Shown piece by piece: positions 12,245 through 20,691 of a DNA stretch of 24,357 nucleotides. Both the position numbers and the translations under genes were made by a program. The notes beneath the pieces were generated by a model that saw nothing but the letters and a program-made list of their open reading frames with translations, made no database searches and was not told the origin of the DNA. How positions within the stretch are numbered: position 1 is the stretch's first letter; every line of letters begins with the position of its first letter. Origin of the DNA: Acidobacteriota bacterium (GTDB lineage Bacteria > Acidobacteriota > Terriglobia > Terriglobales > Acidobacteriaceae); NCBI GenBank assembly GCA_021851625.1, contig JAJZCX010000001.1:1-24357 (forward strand), read 5' to 3'.

Positions 12245-14005
12245 CTACGCAGTCGCCAAGCGTTCGCGCAGCGTTGCGGCTGCGGTGTCGAGGGGCAACT
12301 CTTCACTGGCCAGAGTTGCGCGCGTCACCAGTTCCACTTTACCCTCCGCAACTTTTTTACCCACGTTGATGCGGTAGGGGATGCCTACGAGATCCGCGTC
12401 CTTGAACTTGACGCCCGCGCGTTCATCGCGGTCGTCGAGCAGAACATCCAAGCCATCGGCTTCGAGTTCTGCGGCCAGCTTCTCCGCAGCCTGCATCAGC
12501 GCGGCGTCGGTCACGTTGGTTACCGTAACCACAACGCTGAACGGTGCAATCGACGGCGGCAGCCAGAAGCCATTGGCGTCGTTGCATTGCTCAACAGCAG
12601 CGGTCAGGATGCGCTCAATGCCAATGCCGTAGCTGCCCATGATCGGCGTAACTTCCTTGCCGTTGGGGTCGAGCACGCGCGCGCCCATACTCTCAGAATA
12701 CTTATAGCCCAGCTTGAAGATGTGACCAACCTCAACGGCCTTGCCCAAGCGCAGCGGCGCGTCGCACTGCGGGCAGCCTTCTCCCGCGTTCACGTTGCGA
12801 ATGTCGGCGGAAATCGTCCATTGGAAATCGCGGCCCGGCGTAACGTTGCGCAGATGGTAGTCGGTTTCGTTCGCGCCGCAGATCATGTTGGTGCGGCCTT
12901 CGAGCGCGCGGTCGAGAATGACCGTCAAGCCGCCGCTCATTATTTTTGCAGCAGGCTGCAAACCAATCGGGCCAAGAAATCCGGCGGGTGCGTGAAGATG
13001 CGCTTGCAACTCGTCTGCTTGCATGGGGCGCACTTGCGCAGCGCTCAGCACGGCTAGCAGTTTGGTTTCGTTGACAGCGTGGTCGCCGCGCAAAAATACG
13101 GCCACGGGCAGCCACGCGGATTTCCCAGCGGCGTCAATCTTCTCCGCCATGTAGGCCACGCATTTGATGTCCTGCGCCTCAGTCACCTTAAGGAACGCGG
13201 TGACATCCGCAATGGAGCCGATGCCGGGCGTGTGTATTTTTTCGGGCTTGCCGTCGCCGGTCGGTGCAAGCTCCTGCACGGGAGCCAGCTTCGACGTTGC
13301 CTTTTCCAGATTGGCCGCGTAGCCGCATTGCGCGCAGCTTGCGATTAGGTCTTCGCCCGCCTCGGTGTAGACCATAAACTCCTGCGACTGGCTGCCACCC
13401 ATCGAGCCGGAGTCGGCATCGACGGCGACGAATTGCAAGCCGCAGCGCGAGAAGATATTGCGATAGGCGCGGTCATGCTTGGCGTAGCTTGCGTCCAGAC
13501 CCGCAGCGTCCAAGTCAAAGGAGTAGGCATCCTTCATCAAAAACTGGCGCACGCGCAGCAGGCCGGATTTCGGGCGCGGCTCATCGCGGAACTTGGTCTG
13601 AATCTGATACCAGATTTGCGGCAGTTGTTTGTAGCTGCGCAGTTCCTTGCGCGCGATTTCGGTCATCACCTCTTCGTGCGTCATGCCCAGGCACAGGTCG
13701 GCACCCTTGCGATCTTTCAGGCGGAACATGTTGTCGCCCATGCCCGTCCAGCGACCACTCTGCTCCCAGAGTTCGCGGGGCAGTAGCGCGGGCAGCAAAA
13801 ATTCCTGCCCAATGGTGTCCATCTCCGCGCGCACGATGCCGACGATCTTGTTGATGGAGCGCTGGCCAAGAAAGAGATACGAATAGATGCCCGCTGAAAG
13901 CTGGCGGATGTATCCGGCGCGCACGAGAAACTTGTGGCTGGCGACCTCGGCGTCGGCAGGCGCTTCTCGCAATGTGGGCAAAAAAAGTTTCGACCAGCGG
14001 TGCAT
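12245..14005 (-). CDS. proS: Prolyl-tRNA synthetase, bacterial type with editing insertion (586 aa)
   Basis: [22 protein letters not shown]...[57 protein letters not shown]. Confidence 0.97.
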   Translation of the reverse strand: MHRWSKLFLPTLREAPADAEVASHKFLVRAGYIRQLSAGIYSYLFLGQRSINKIVGIVRAEMDTIGQEFLLPALLPRELWEQSGRWTGMGDNMFRLKDRKGADLCLGMTHEEVMTEIARKELRSYKQLPQIWYQIQTKFRDEPRPKSGLLRVRQFLMKDAYSFDLDAAGLDASYAKHDRAYRNIFSRCGLQFVAVDADSGSMGGSQSQEFMVYTEAGEDLIASCAQCGYAANLEKATSKLAPVQELAPTGDGKPEKIHTPGIGSIADVTAFLKVTEAQDIKCVAYMAEKIDAAGKSAWLPVAVFLRGDHAVNETKLLAVLSAAQVRPMQADELQAHLHAPAGFLGPIGLQPAAKIMSGGLTVILDRALEGRTNMICGANETDYHLRNVTPGRDFQWTISADIRNVNAGEGCPQCDAPLRLGKAVEVGHIFKLGYKYSESMGARVLDPNGKEVTPIMGSYGIGIERILTAAVEQCNDANGFWLPPSIAPFSVVVTVTNVTDAALMQAAEKLAAELEADGLDVLLDDRDERAGVKFKDADLVGIPYRINVGKKVAEGKVELVTRATLASEELPLDTAAATLRERLATA

Positions 14006-14040
14006 GTGGGTGAAAGAGTCCTTCGATCAGAATCCATTTC

Positions 14041-14046
14041 ATTCTA
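14041..14046 (-). promoter_or_regulatory. Possible -10 element (TAGAAT) for proS
   Basis: GGTAGAAT on the minus strand 35 nt upstream of the ATG; no clear -35. Confidence 0.3.
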
Positions 14047-14144
14047 CCTGTTGCGGGTGCGCCTTCTGTCTGAAGTGACAGGATTGGAATGCAGCCACGT
14101 TGCAAGCTGTGTCCTTACGAACGAACACTCCGCACAACAAATAC

Positions 14145-14292
14145 TTTGTCATTCCGAGCGAACGTAGTGAGTCGAGGAATCTGCGGTTGGTGGGGTCCCC
14201 CATTCTAATCACGCACATTGCGAAGCGCGGGAGGCGAACCGCAGATCCCTCCACTGCGTCCGCCGATGGCGGACTTCGGTCGGGATGACAAA
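14145..14292. repeat. REP/MITE-like palindromic doublet A
   Basis: Left arm TTTGTCATTCCGAGCGAA...CGAGGAATCTGCGGTT (14145-14188) and inverted right arm AACCGCAGATCCCTCC...TTCGGTCGGGATGACAAA (14237-14292), separated by a 48-nt spacer. Each arm is itself a hairpin. Confidence 0.85.
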
Positions 14293-14309
14293 TCCTCACA
14301 AATACACTT

Positions 14310-14429
14310 GTCCTTCTGGGCGAAGACTCCGCACAACAAATACCGTGTCATTCCGAACGAAAACAACGCACCACAAACACTTTGTCATTTCGAGCGGAGC
14401 GCAGCGGAGTTGAGGAATCTGCGGTTGGT
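14310..14429. repeat. Two additional partial copies of the left arm plus its flank
   Basis: GTCCTTCTGGGCGAAGACTCCGCACAACAAATACCGTGTCATTCCGAACGAA (14310-14361) and CGCACCACAAACACTTTGTCATTTCGAGCG...GAGGAATCTGCGGTTGGT (14367-14429) repeat 14111-14191. Confidence 0.8.
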
Positions 14430-14450
14430 TGCGCATGGCAACCATGGCCG

Positions 14451-15449
14451 TTAGAACAACTCCAGCCCCCACAGATCATGCAGGTGCAGCACGCCTTCCA
14501 CGCGGCCCTTTGCATCGGTGACGACCAGCGCGGTGATCTTGCGGTGCTCCATGCGATGCAGTGCTTCGGCGGCAAACTCATCGGCAGCGATGGTGAGCGG
14601 ATTGCGGTGCATCACTTCGCCCGCAGTGTGGCGCAGCGCCTCGGCCCCTTCGCGCTCCAGCAGGCGGCGCAGGTCGCCGTCACTGATTAGGCCGACGAGC
14701 GTATCCCCTTCGGCCACCGTGGTCATGCCGAGGCCCTTGCGCGACATCTCATAGATGACGTCCTTCATGGGCGCATTCGATGCAACGCGCGGGATGGCAT
14801 CGCCGGTGTGCATTTTTTGCGCCACGCGCAGTAGTTGCCTGCCCAGCCTGCCGCCGGGATGCAGATGCGCAAAGTCTTCGGCGCGAAACCCCTTGCGCTG
14901 TGAGACGGCGATGGCCAGTGCATCGCCCAACGCGAGCATGGTGGTGGTGGAGGCCGTCGGTGCCAGGTTCAAGTCGCAGGCCTCCTGCGCCACGGAGCAA
15001 TCCAGGGCCACGTCGCTGGCCAGCGCCAGCGTGGAGCGCGGATTGCACGTGAAGCTGATGAGCGCGTCGCCCAGACGCTTGAGCATTTCCAGCAGCAAAA
15101 GAATCTCTTCTGTCTCACCGCTGGCCGAGAGCGCGAGCACCACATCACCATGCGCCAACATGCCCAGGTCGCCGTGGCGAGCCTCCGCTGGATGCAAAAA
15201 CAGCGCCGGGCTGCCCGTGGAGCTAAGCGTGGCCGCAATCTTTTGCGCGATGATGCCGCTCTTGCCCATGCCGGTGACGACAACACGTCCGCGCGATTGT
15301 CCGCAGGCCAGCAAAACTTCCACGGCGCGCGCGAAGTTCGCGGCCATGGGGCCTTCCAAGCGCGCGGCCAGCGCCAGCAGGGCTTCGGCTTCAATGCGCA
15401 CCAAGCGGCTGGGTGCGGAGCCTTCGGATTGGCCAGATGCGTGGGGCAT
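14451..15449 (-). CDS. kdsD: KpsF/GutQ family sugar-phosphate isomerase (arabinose-5-phosphate isomerase), SIS + 2 CBS (332 aa)
   Basis: VTGMGKSG, STGSPALFLHPAEARHGDLG, SASGET, APTASTT..LALGDALA, HPGGRLG, C-terminal CBS pair ending HLHDL. Confidence 0.92.
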   Translation of the reverse strand: MPHASGQSEGSAPSRLVRIEAEALLALAARLEGPMAANFARAVEVLLACGQSRGRVVVTGMGKSGIIAQKIAATLSSTGSPALFLHPAEARHGDLGMLAHGDVVLALSASGETEEILLLLEMLKRLGDALISFTCNPRSTLALASDVALDCSVAQEACDLNLAPTASTTTMLALGDALAIAVSQRKGFRAEDFAHLHPGGRLGRQLLRVAQKMHTGDAIPRVASNAPMKDVIYEMSRKGLGMTTVAEGDTLVGLISDGDLRRLLEREGAEALRHTAGEVMHRNPLTIAADEFAAEALHRMEHRKITALVVTDAKGRVEGVLHLHDLWGLELF

Positions 15450-15479
15450 GGCTGCGTACAAGGAGTGGAAAACGCTTTG

Positions 15480-15488
15480 ATGGTACCA
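15480..15488 (-). promoter_or_regulatory. Possible extended -10 (TGgTACCAT) for kdsD in the divergent gap
   Basis: TG-n-TACCAT 30 nt upstream of ATG 15449. A TAGACT at 15547-15552 on the plus strand could serve the TlpA operon. Confidence 0.3.
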
Positions 15489-15601
15489 GAATTGCACTTC
15501 GCAACGCGCCTGTGCTGTGAGTGGGAACACGACGGGTGCGTTGCAGTAGACTGGCAGCAAGGCGTGTTGCGCCGCGCGCTGCGCGGCAGCAGGAGGTTTG
15601 C

Positions 15602-16237
15602 ATGCGAAGAAATGCAGTCGTTGTTTTGGGATTGGTCATCGGCATTACGTTGATGCTTTGGTCGGGTGTGATGGCCTATCGCGAGCGCAGAGCCGCGTCG
15701 ATGCAGGCTCCGCAGCCCGTGGCGCTGGTGCCGGAGGGAGCCAATCCGGACACGGTGGATGCGGCCAGCGCCGATCCGAATTCGCCGCAAGCGCAGGGGC
15801 TGCCGGATATGCGCGGTAAGCTGGCACCGGGCTTCACGCTGAAGACGCCGGAGGGCAAGTCCGTCTCACTCGCCGATTACAAAGGCAAGGCGGTGCTCAT
15901 CAACTTCTGGGCCACATGGTGCGCGCCTTGCAAGCTGGAGATGCCGTGGCTGATCGATTTGCAAAAACAATACGCCGCGCAGGGATTTACCGTGCTCGGT
16001 GTCTCCGAGGACGATCCTCCATTTGCGCAGGTGGGCGTGTTTGCGCAGAAGATGGGCGTCAACTATCCCGTGGTGGTGGCCAATGATGCAGTGAACCATG
16101 CCTACGGGAATGTGGATGGCTTGCCGACCTCCTATTATGTTGGGCGCGATGGAAAAATTGTTGCCGAGACGGCAGGGCTAATCTCCAAGGACGACATTGA
16201 AGCCAACATCAAAAAGATTTTGGCGACCAAGGGTTAA
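15602..16237 (+). CDS. TlpA/ResA-like membrane-anchored thiol-disulfide oxidoreductase (211 aa)
   Basis: N-terminal TM helix; KGKAVLINFWATWCAPCKLEMP (WCxxC); GLPTSYYVGRDG; AGGAGG RBS before ATG 15602. Confidence 0.92.
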   Translation: MRRNAVVVLGLVIGITLMLWSGVMAYRERRAASMQAPQPVALVPEGANPDTVDAASADPNSPQAQGLPDMRGKLAPGFTLKTPEGKSVSLADYKGKAVLINFWATWCAPCKLEMPWLIDLQKQYAAQGFTVLGVSEDDPPFAQVGVFAQKMGVNYPVVVANDAVNHAYGNVDGLPTSYYVGRDGKIVAETAGLISKDDIEANIKKILATKG

Positions 16238-16248
16238 CGGAGCGCGCA

Positions 16249-16797
16249 ATGCGGAGCAATATCCAGCGCAAACGGAGTGGCAGTGTAGGAGTTTTGTTCG
16301 CGTTCTTCTGCGCGGCGGGCGCAGGTCTGCTATGGGCGCAGCAGTCTGGTTGGCAGCCGCACGATGCAGGGCTGGGACTGCGCGGAGCATCCAGTGCTGA
16401 AAAAGGTTGGGTGCAGTTGGAGTCGCCCACGCAGATTGCTTTGCAGCCGCGACGCGCGCAAACCGTGGACTTGGAATTTTTGATTCAGGATGGGCTGCAT
16501 ATCAACGCGCACCAGCCGCGTTCGCCCTATCTGATTCCGACGACGCTGACGCTTTCTGCTCCGGCGGGCGTGCGTGTGCTGGGTGTGGAGTATCCACAGG
16601 CCAAGGATTACCACTTCGCTTTTTCGCCCAAGGATGCGCTGAGCGTTTACACCGGCAGCCTGCACATTCTTGTGCATCTGCGCGCGCAGCCCGGCGCGTT
16701 TGCCATGCCTGCATCGCTACGCTATCAGGCCTGCGACAATCACATGTGCAATCCGCCGAAGACGCTCACCTTTACGTTGCATGGCGTGGCAAAATAA
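16249..16797 (+). CDS. Exported protein with stand-alone DsbD N-terminal (Ig-like) domain (182 aa)
   Basis: Signal-like N-terminus; GLHINAH, VEYP, VYTG and C-terminal YQACDNHMCNPP (CxxxxC) typical of DsbD-alpha. Confidence 0.78.
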   Translation: MRSNIQRKRSGSVGVLFAFFCAAGAGLLWAQQSGWQPHDAGLGLRGASSAEKGWVQLESPTQIALQPRRAQTVDLEFLIQDGLHINAHQPRSPYLIPTTLTLSAPAGVRVLGVEYPQAKDYHFAFSPKDALSVYTGSLHILVHLRAQPGAFAMPASLRYQACDNHMCNPPKTLTFTLHGVAK

Positions 16798-16828
16798 AAA
16801 ATCAATTTCACGCGAGAGAAAAAATCGA

Positions 16829-18109
16829 ATGACGCAACCGAACGCGCAGCATCCCTCCATCGCCAGCACGTTGACCTTTGAACAAAAACTGGATCGACTG
16901 GCCGAGGTGGCCGTGCGCATCGGCTTGGGCCTGGGCGCAAGCAACGGCCCGGTACAGGAGTTGGTGATGACCGCCTCCACCGACGCGCTGCCCTTGGCGC
17001 GGCGCATCACGGAGCAAGCATACAAAGCGGGCACTGTGCTGGTGACCACGATGCTCTCCGACGAAGCGCTGGCGCTGGCGCGGTACCGCAATGCGCCGGA
17101 TGCAAGTTTTGATCGCGTGGCGCAGTGGTTGCAAGATGGCATCGCCACGGCCTATCGCAGCGGCGCGGCACGGCTGGCGATTGCCGGTGGCAATCCAGCG
17201 CTGCTCGCAAATGAAGATCCAGCCAAGGTTGGGCGCGCCAACGCTGCATTTTCCAAGGCCAGCAAACCGGCGATGGAGTTGATCACGCGCCACGAGATCA
17301 ACTGGACGATCGTTGCCAGCGCCACACCCGCTTGGGCGCGCGCTGTCTTTCCTGATCTGCCAGAAGAGGCTGCCATCGCTCGTCTGTGGGATGCGATTTT
17401 CGCGGCCTCGCGCGCCGATGTGGCCGATCCTGTGGCTGCCTGGCAGGCGCACGGAGCGTATCTAAAGGAGCGCGTGGATTTCTTAAACCAGCGGCGCTAT
17501 GCCGCGCTCCATTTTCGCGGACCGGGAACCGATCTGCGCGTGGGGTTGGCCGACGATCATCTCTGGGCCGGCGGCGGCACGCGTGCGGGCAATGGCGTCT
17601 TCTGCCAGCCGAACATTCCCACGGAAGAGGTCTTCACCACGCCGCACAAAGATCGCGTGGATGGCTTCGTGCGCAGCAGCAAACCGCTTTCGCATCAGGG
17701 CACATTGATTGAGGAAATCTCCGTGCGCTTTGAAAAAGGTCGCGTCGTCGAGGCCAACGCCAAGGCGGGCAAAGAGGTGCTGGAGCGCATGATCAGTACC
17801 GACGAAGGCGCACGCAAGCTCGGCGAAGTGGCGTTGGTGCCGCACTCCTCGCCGATTGCGCAGAGCGGCGTATTGTTTTGGAACACGCTCTTCGACGAAA
17901 ATGCGGCCAGCCACATTGCGCTGGGCCAGGCGTACAGCACTTGCCTGATCGGCGGCGAAAAAATGGACGAGGCCACGCTGGCTTCAAAGGGGGCCAACGC
18001 TAGCCTCATTCACGTGGATTGGATGATCGGTTCCGGCGTGATGGACGTAGACGGCATTCGCGCCGATGGTTCCTCCGAACCCCTGATGCGCCAAGGCGAG
18101 TGGGTGTAG
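16829..18109 (+). CDS. Aminopeptidase, peptidase family M29 (AmpS/AmpT/PepS-like, 426 aa)
   Basis: NIPTEEVFT, GEVALV, LFDENAASHIALGQAY, SLIHVDWMIG metal-ligand motifs. Confidence 0.93.
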   Translation: MTQPNAQHPSIASTLTFEQKLDRLAEVAVRIGLGLGASNGPVQELVMTASTDALPLARRITEQAYKAGTVLVTTMLSDEALALARYRNAPDASFDRVAQWLQDGIATAYRSGAARLAIAGGNPALLANEDPAKVGRANAAFSKASKPAMELITRHEINWTIVASATPAWARAVFPDLPEEAAIARLWDAIFAASRADVADPVAAWQAHGAYLKERVDFLNQRRYAALHFRGPGTDLRVGLADDHLWAGGGTRAGNGVFCQPNIPTEEVFTTPHKDRVDGFVRSSKPLSHQGTLIEEISVRFEKGRVVEANAKAGKEVLERMISTDEGARKLGEVALVPHSSPIAQSGVLFWNTLFDENAASHIALGQAYSTCLIGGEKMDEATLASKGANASLIHVDWMIGSGVMDVDGIRADGSSEPLMRQGEWV

Positions 18110-18128
18110 GCCTCTTATCTCAACACGA

Positions 18129-18252
18129 TGTCATTCCGAGCGCAGGCTGTGCAGTAGCCGCAGTCCAGGAATCTTCGGTTCCATTTCGTGTGTAGGCGAA
18201 CCGCATATCCCTCCACTGCGTCCGCCTGCGGCGGACTTCGGTCGGGATGACA
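18129..18252. repeat. REP/MITE-like palindromic doublet B
   Basis: TGTCATTCCGAGCG...AGGAATCTTCGGTT (18129-18180) and inverted arm AACCGCATATCCC...CGGTCGGGATGACA (18199-18252). 18194-18253 is 56/60 identical to 14232-14291. Confidence 0.85.
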
Positions 18253-18268
18253 ATTTCTCATTGACAGA

Positions 18269-18380
18269 GAGTCATTCTGAGCGACCAACGGGAGCGAAGA
18301 ATCCAGAGAATCACAGCGGCGTGATCCAAGCGAATTTTTTCTGGATTCTTCACTTCGCTGCGCTTCGTTCAGAATGACTC
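18269..18380. repeat. REP/MITE-like palindromic doublet C (related subfamily)
   Basis: Termini GAGTCATTCTGAGCG / CGTTCAGAATGACTC (14/15 complementary); inner ends GAAGAATCCAG / CTGGATTCTTC perfectly complementary; 34-nt spacer. Confidence 0.85.
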
Positions 18381-18474
18381 CTATTGGTTCTGTCTCTCTT
18401 CCAAAAAAATCCGCTCTATACACAACTGTAGATTTTCTCTAAACAAGCCTGCTTTTTTCTTATGTGCCTCTCGA

Positions 18475-19941
18475 CTAAATCGGCATCGGCACAGAAGCAG
18501 CGTTCCGCAACCTCTGCACCACGCGCGACTGTCCCAGGCAAACCATCACTGCGAACAGGCTGGGCGCGACGGCTTGTCCGGTGAGTGCCACGCGAGCGCC
18601 GTTGATTAAGCCTCCGGCTTTGACACCTTTTTTTTCTGCGAAGGCGCGGAGTGTTTGCTCGGTGGTTGCCTCGTCGAAAATTGCAAGCGCGGCGTAGCGA
18701 TCGGCCATCTCCACCAGCAGGGTGCGCACGGCTGCATCACTTAAAAATTTGGCGATGGCCGCGGGGTCGAAGGGAATCGCATCCCCAAAGTAGGCCAGGA
18801 AGGCCGTCGCAAAATCCTTCAGACTGCGCGCGCGCTGTTTGAGCAGATCGATGGTGCGCAGATTTTCCTCTGTGCTGCGTGACGGCGTGAAGCCAGCGGC
18901 GCGCCACTCCTGTTCGATGAGCGGGAGCAGGCGTTCGGCTGGGTAGGCGCGAATATACTCCGTGTTGAACCAGGCCAGCTTGTCGTTGTCGAAGACGGCG
19001 TTGGAGCGCGCGATGCCGTCGAGGGAAAAAAGCTGGACGAGATCGTCGGAGGAAAAAATCTCGCGGTCTTTGCCGTCGGCGGTTTTTCCCGCAGCGCCCG
19101 GAGACCAGCCCAGCAGGCCGAGAAAATTGCGGAAGGCTTCCGGCACAATTCCCATCTCTCGATAGGCGGTGACGCTGGTGGCGCCGTGGCGTTTGGAGAG
19201 CCGCGTCTTGTCCGGGCCAAGGATCAGCGGCACGTGCGCAAAGATGGGCAGTGGTGCGCCGAGAGCCTGATATTGCAGCACCTGTTTGGGCGTGTTGGAG
19301 ATGTGATCCGCGCCGCGGATAATGTGCGTCATGCCCATGTCCAGATCATCGGCCACCACGCTGAGGTGATAGGTGGGGATGCCGTCGGAGCGAAGCAGAA
19401 CGAAGTCTTCTAATTCCTCGTTGGCAAATTCCACGGAGCCGAAGACAGCATCGTCAAAGCGCGTGACTCCGGTGGCGGGCACGGCGAAGCGTAGTGCTGC
19501 TGCTTCGCCAGCGCGGAGGCGGCGTGCGGATTCCTCTGGTGTGAGCTTGCGGCAGCGGCCATCATAGCGCGGCGTTTGTCCGCTGGCTGTGGCGGCGGCA
19601 CGGCGCTGCTCCAATTCTTCTTTGGTGCAAAAACAAGAGTAGGCGTGCCCGCTGGCGAGCAGCTTGTCTGCCGTGGAGCGATACAGGTCGAGCCGCTGCG
19701 ATTGATAGAACGGGCCTTCATCCCAATCCATGCCCAGCCAGCGCATTCCATCCAGAATGCCTGCGACCATCTCGTCCGAGGAGCGCTCGAAGTCGGTGTC
19801 TTCGATGCGCAAGATCAACGTGCCGCCGGTGTGGCGGGCAAAGAGCCAGTTGAACAGAGCCGTGCGCGCGCCGCCGACGTGCAGGTATCCAGTGGGCGAG
19901 GGCGCAAAACGAACGCGGGGAGATTTTTTGTCTGCGTGCAT
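18475..19941 (-). CDS. gltX: Glutamyl-tRNA synthetase (488 aa)
   Basis: RVRFAPSPTGYLHVGG (HIGH), LRIEDTD, CFC zinc knuckle, THIIRGADH, RLSKRHG (KMSKS), RVALTG...PSLF. Confidence 0.97.
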   Translation of the reverse strand: MHADKKSPRVRFAPSPTGYLHVGGARTALFNWLFARHTGGTLILRIEDTDFERSSDEMVAGILDGMRWLGMDWDEGPFYQSQRLDLYRSTADKLLASGHAYSCFCTKEELEQRRAAATASGQTPRYDGRCRKLTPEESARRLRAGEAAALRFAVPATGVTRFDDAVFGSVEFANEELEDFVLLRSDGIPTYHLSVVADDLDMGMTHIIRGADHISNTPKQVLQYQALGAPLPIFAHVPLILGPDKTRLSKRHGATSVTAYREMGIVPEAFRNFLGLLGWSPGAAGKTADGKDREIFSSDDLVQLFSLDGIARSNAVFDNDKLAWFNTEYIRAYPAERLLPLIEQEWRAAGFTPSRSTEENLRTIDLLKQRARSLKDFATAFLAYFGDAIPFDPAAIAKFLSDAAVRTLLVEMADRYAALAIFDEATTEQTLRAFAEKKGVKAGGLINGARVALTGQAVAPSLFAVMVCLGQSRVVQRLRNAASVPMPI

Positions 19942-19992
19942 GGATGTGTGTAGCTCTATGCTAAAGGGTCGCAGCGCTGAACGGAAGTTGCG

Positions 19993-20030
19993 AAGAAAAA
20001 AGAAAGCCCCGGAGGAATCCGGGGCTTTTT
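19993..20030 (-). terminator. Rho-independent terminator after the beta-barrel gene (probably bidirectional)
   Basis: 11-bp stem AAAGCCCCGGA-GGAA-TCCGGGGCTTT (20003-20028) followed by a U-rich run on the minus strand, ~20 nt past the stop at 20051. Confidence 0.8.
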
Positions 20031-20050
20031 GGAAAAGGAGGAATTGCGTT

Positions 20051-20611
20051 CTAGTAGAAGCGGATCGAAAGGCCGCTGGAGGCCACCCACGGCGTCAGAC
20101 CATAGGGTGGGTAATTGAGGAAGTGCTGGTCTTCAAAATCAAAGACGCGCCAGTAGACGTGATTGCTGATGCGCAGATCCACGCCTCCGCCAACTGCATC
20201 GGTGGTGTAGTCGTAATACTTGGTGGAGATGAAGGTGGGATAGTGGAAGCGGCTGCCGCCATAGAGGAACTTGGCATACGGCTCGATTCTGAAGTTGAAA
20301 AACGGATAGGAGACACGCACGCCGCCGAGATAGTTTTGAAATTCCACCCCGGATTTGAGACGAAAATCGATAATACGCGCTTCTGCCTCCGGGCCGACCC
20401 AGATGCGACGTCCCCAGATGCCATAGCTTAAATCGCTAAAACCGCCAAAGCCCTCGGAATGATATTGGCCGTAATCCATCTGAGCCAGTGAATAAAAACC
20501 GCCTACGCTGATATAAGCCGTGCGGGGTCGTTCAGGTGAAATCGCCTGCGCATGGAGCAACACGGGAAAAAACAATGCGCCCAATGCGCATACAACCCAT
20601 CGCTTTCCCAC
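20051..20611 (-). CDS. Small outer-membrane beta-barrel protein (186 aa from GTG 20611)
   Basis: Signal peptide ending LLHA; amphipathic strands (IEPYAKFLYGG, AVGGGVDLRI, VYWRVFDFE); C-terminal aromatic (SGLSIRFY); GGGAGG RBS 9 nt before the GTG. Alternative start at 20653. Confidence 0.8.
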   Translation of the reverse strand: MGKRWVVCALGALFFPVLLHAQAISPERPRTAYISVGGFYSLAQMDYGQYHSEGFGGFSDLSYGIWGRRIWVGPEAEARIIDFRLKSGVEFQNYLGGVRVSYPFFNFRIEPYAKFLYGGSRFHYPTFISTKYYDYTTDAVGGGVDLRISNHVYWRVFDFEDQHFLNYPPYGLTPWVASSGLSIRFY

Positions 20612-20691
20612 TCCCTCAATCCTCCCTTTCAAAACTTCAGTGCCAGATTGCACAGCCCTGCGCGCAGCAAAGCGCGCAGGGCTGGGGTGTA

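Noticed and set aside
14006-14110. T-box riboswitch upstream of proS
   Set aside because: No T-box consensus, specifier stem or terminator/antiterminator is visible, and the probable leader is only ~30 nt.
14039-14299. Small ORFs with CHPDRSPP...VEGSAV peptides (also 14100-14288 and 18115-18423)
   Set aside because: They are translations of the palindromic repeats and are similar only because the DNA repeat is shared. No repeat is inserted in-frame in a real gene here.
14111-14429. Possible CRISPR array
   Set aside because: The repeats are degenerate, inverted and irregularly spaced, there are no unique equal-length spacers, and no cas genes are present.
19942-20050. tRNA gene next to gltX
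   Set aside because: No cloverleaf or T-loop GTTCGA consensus; the only structure is the terminator hairpin.
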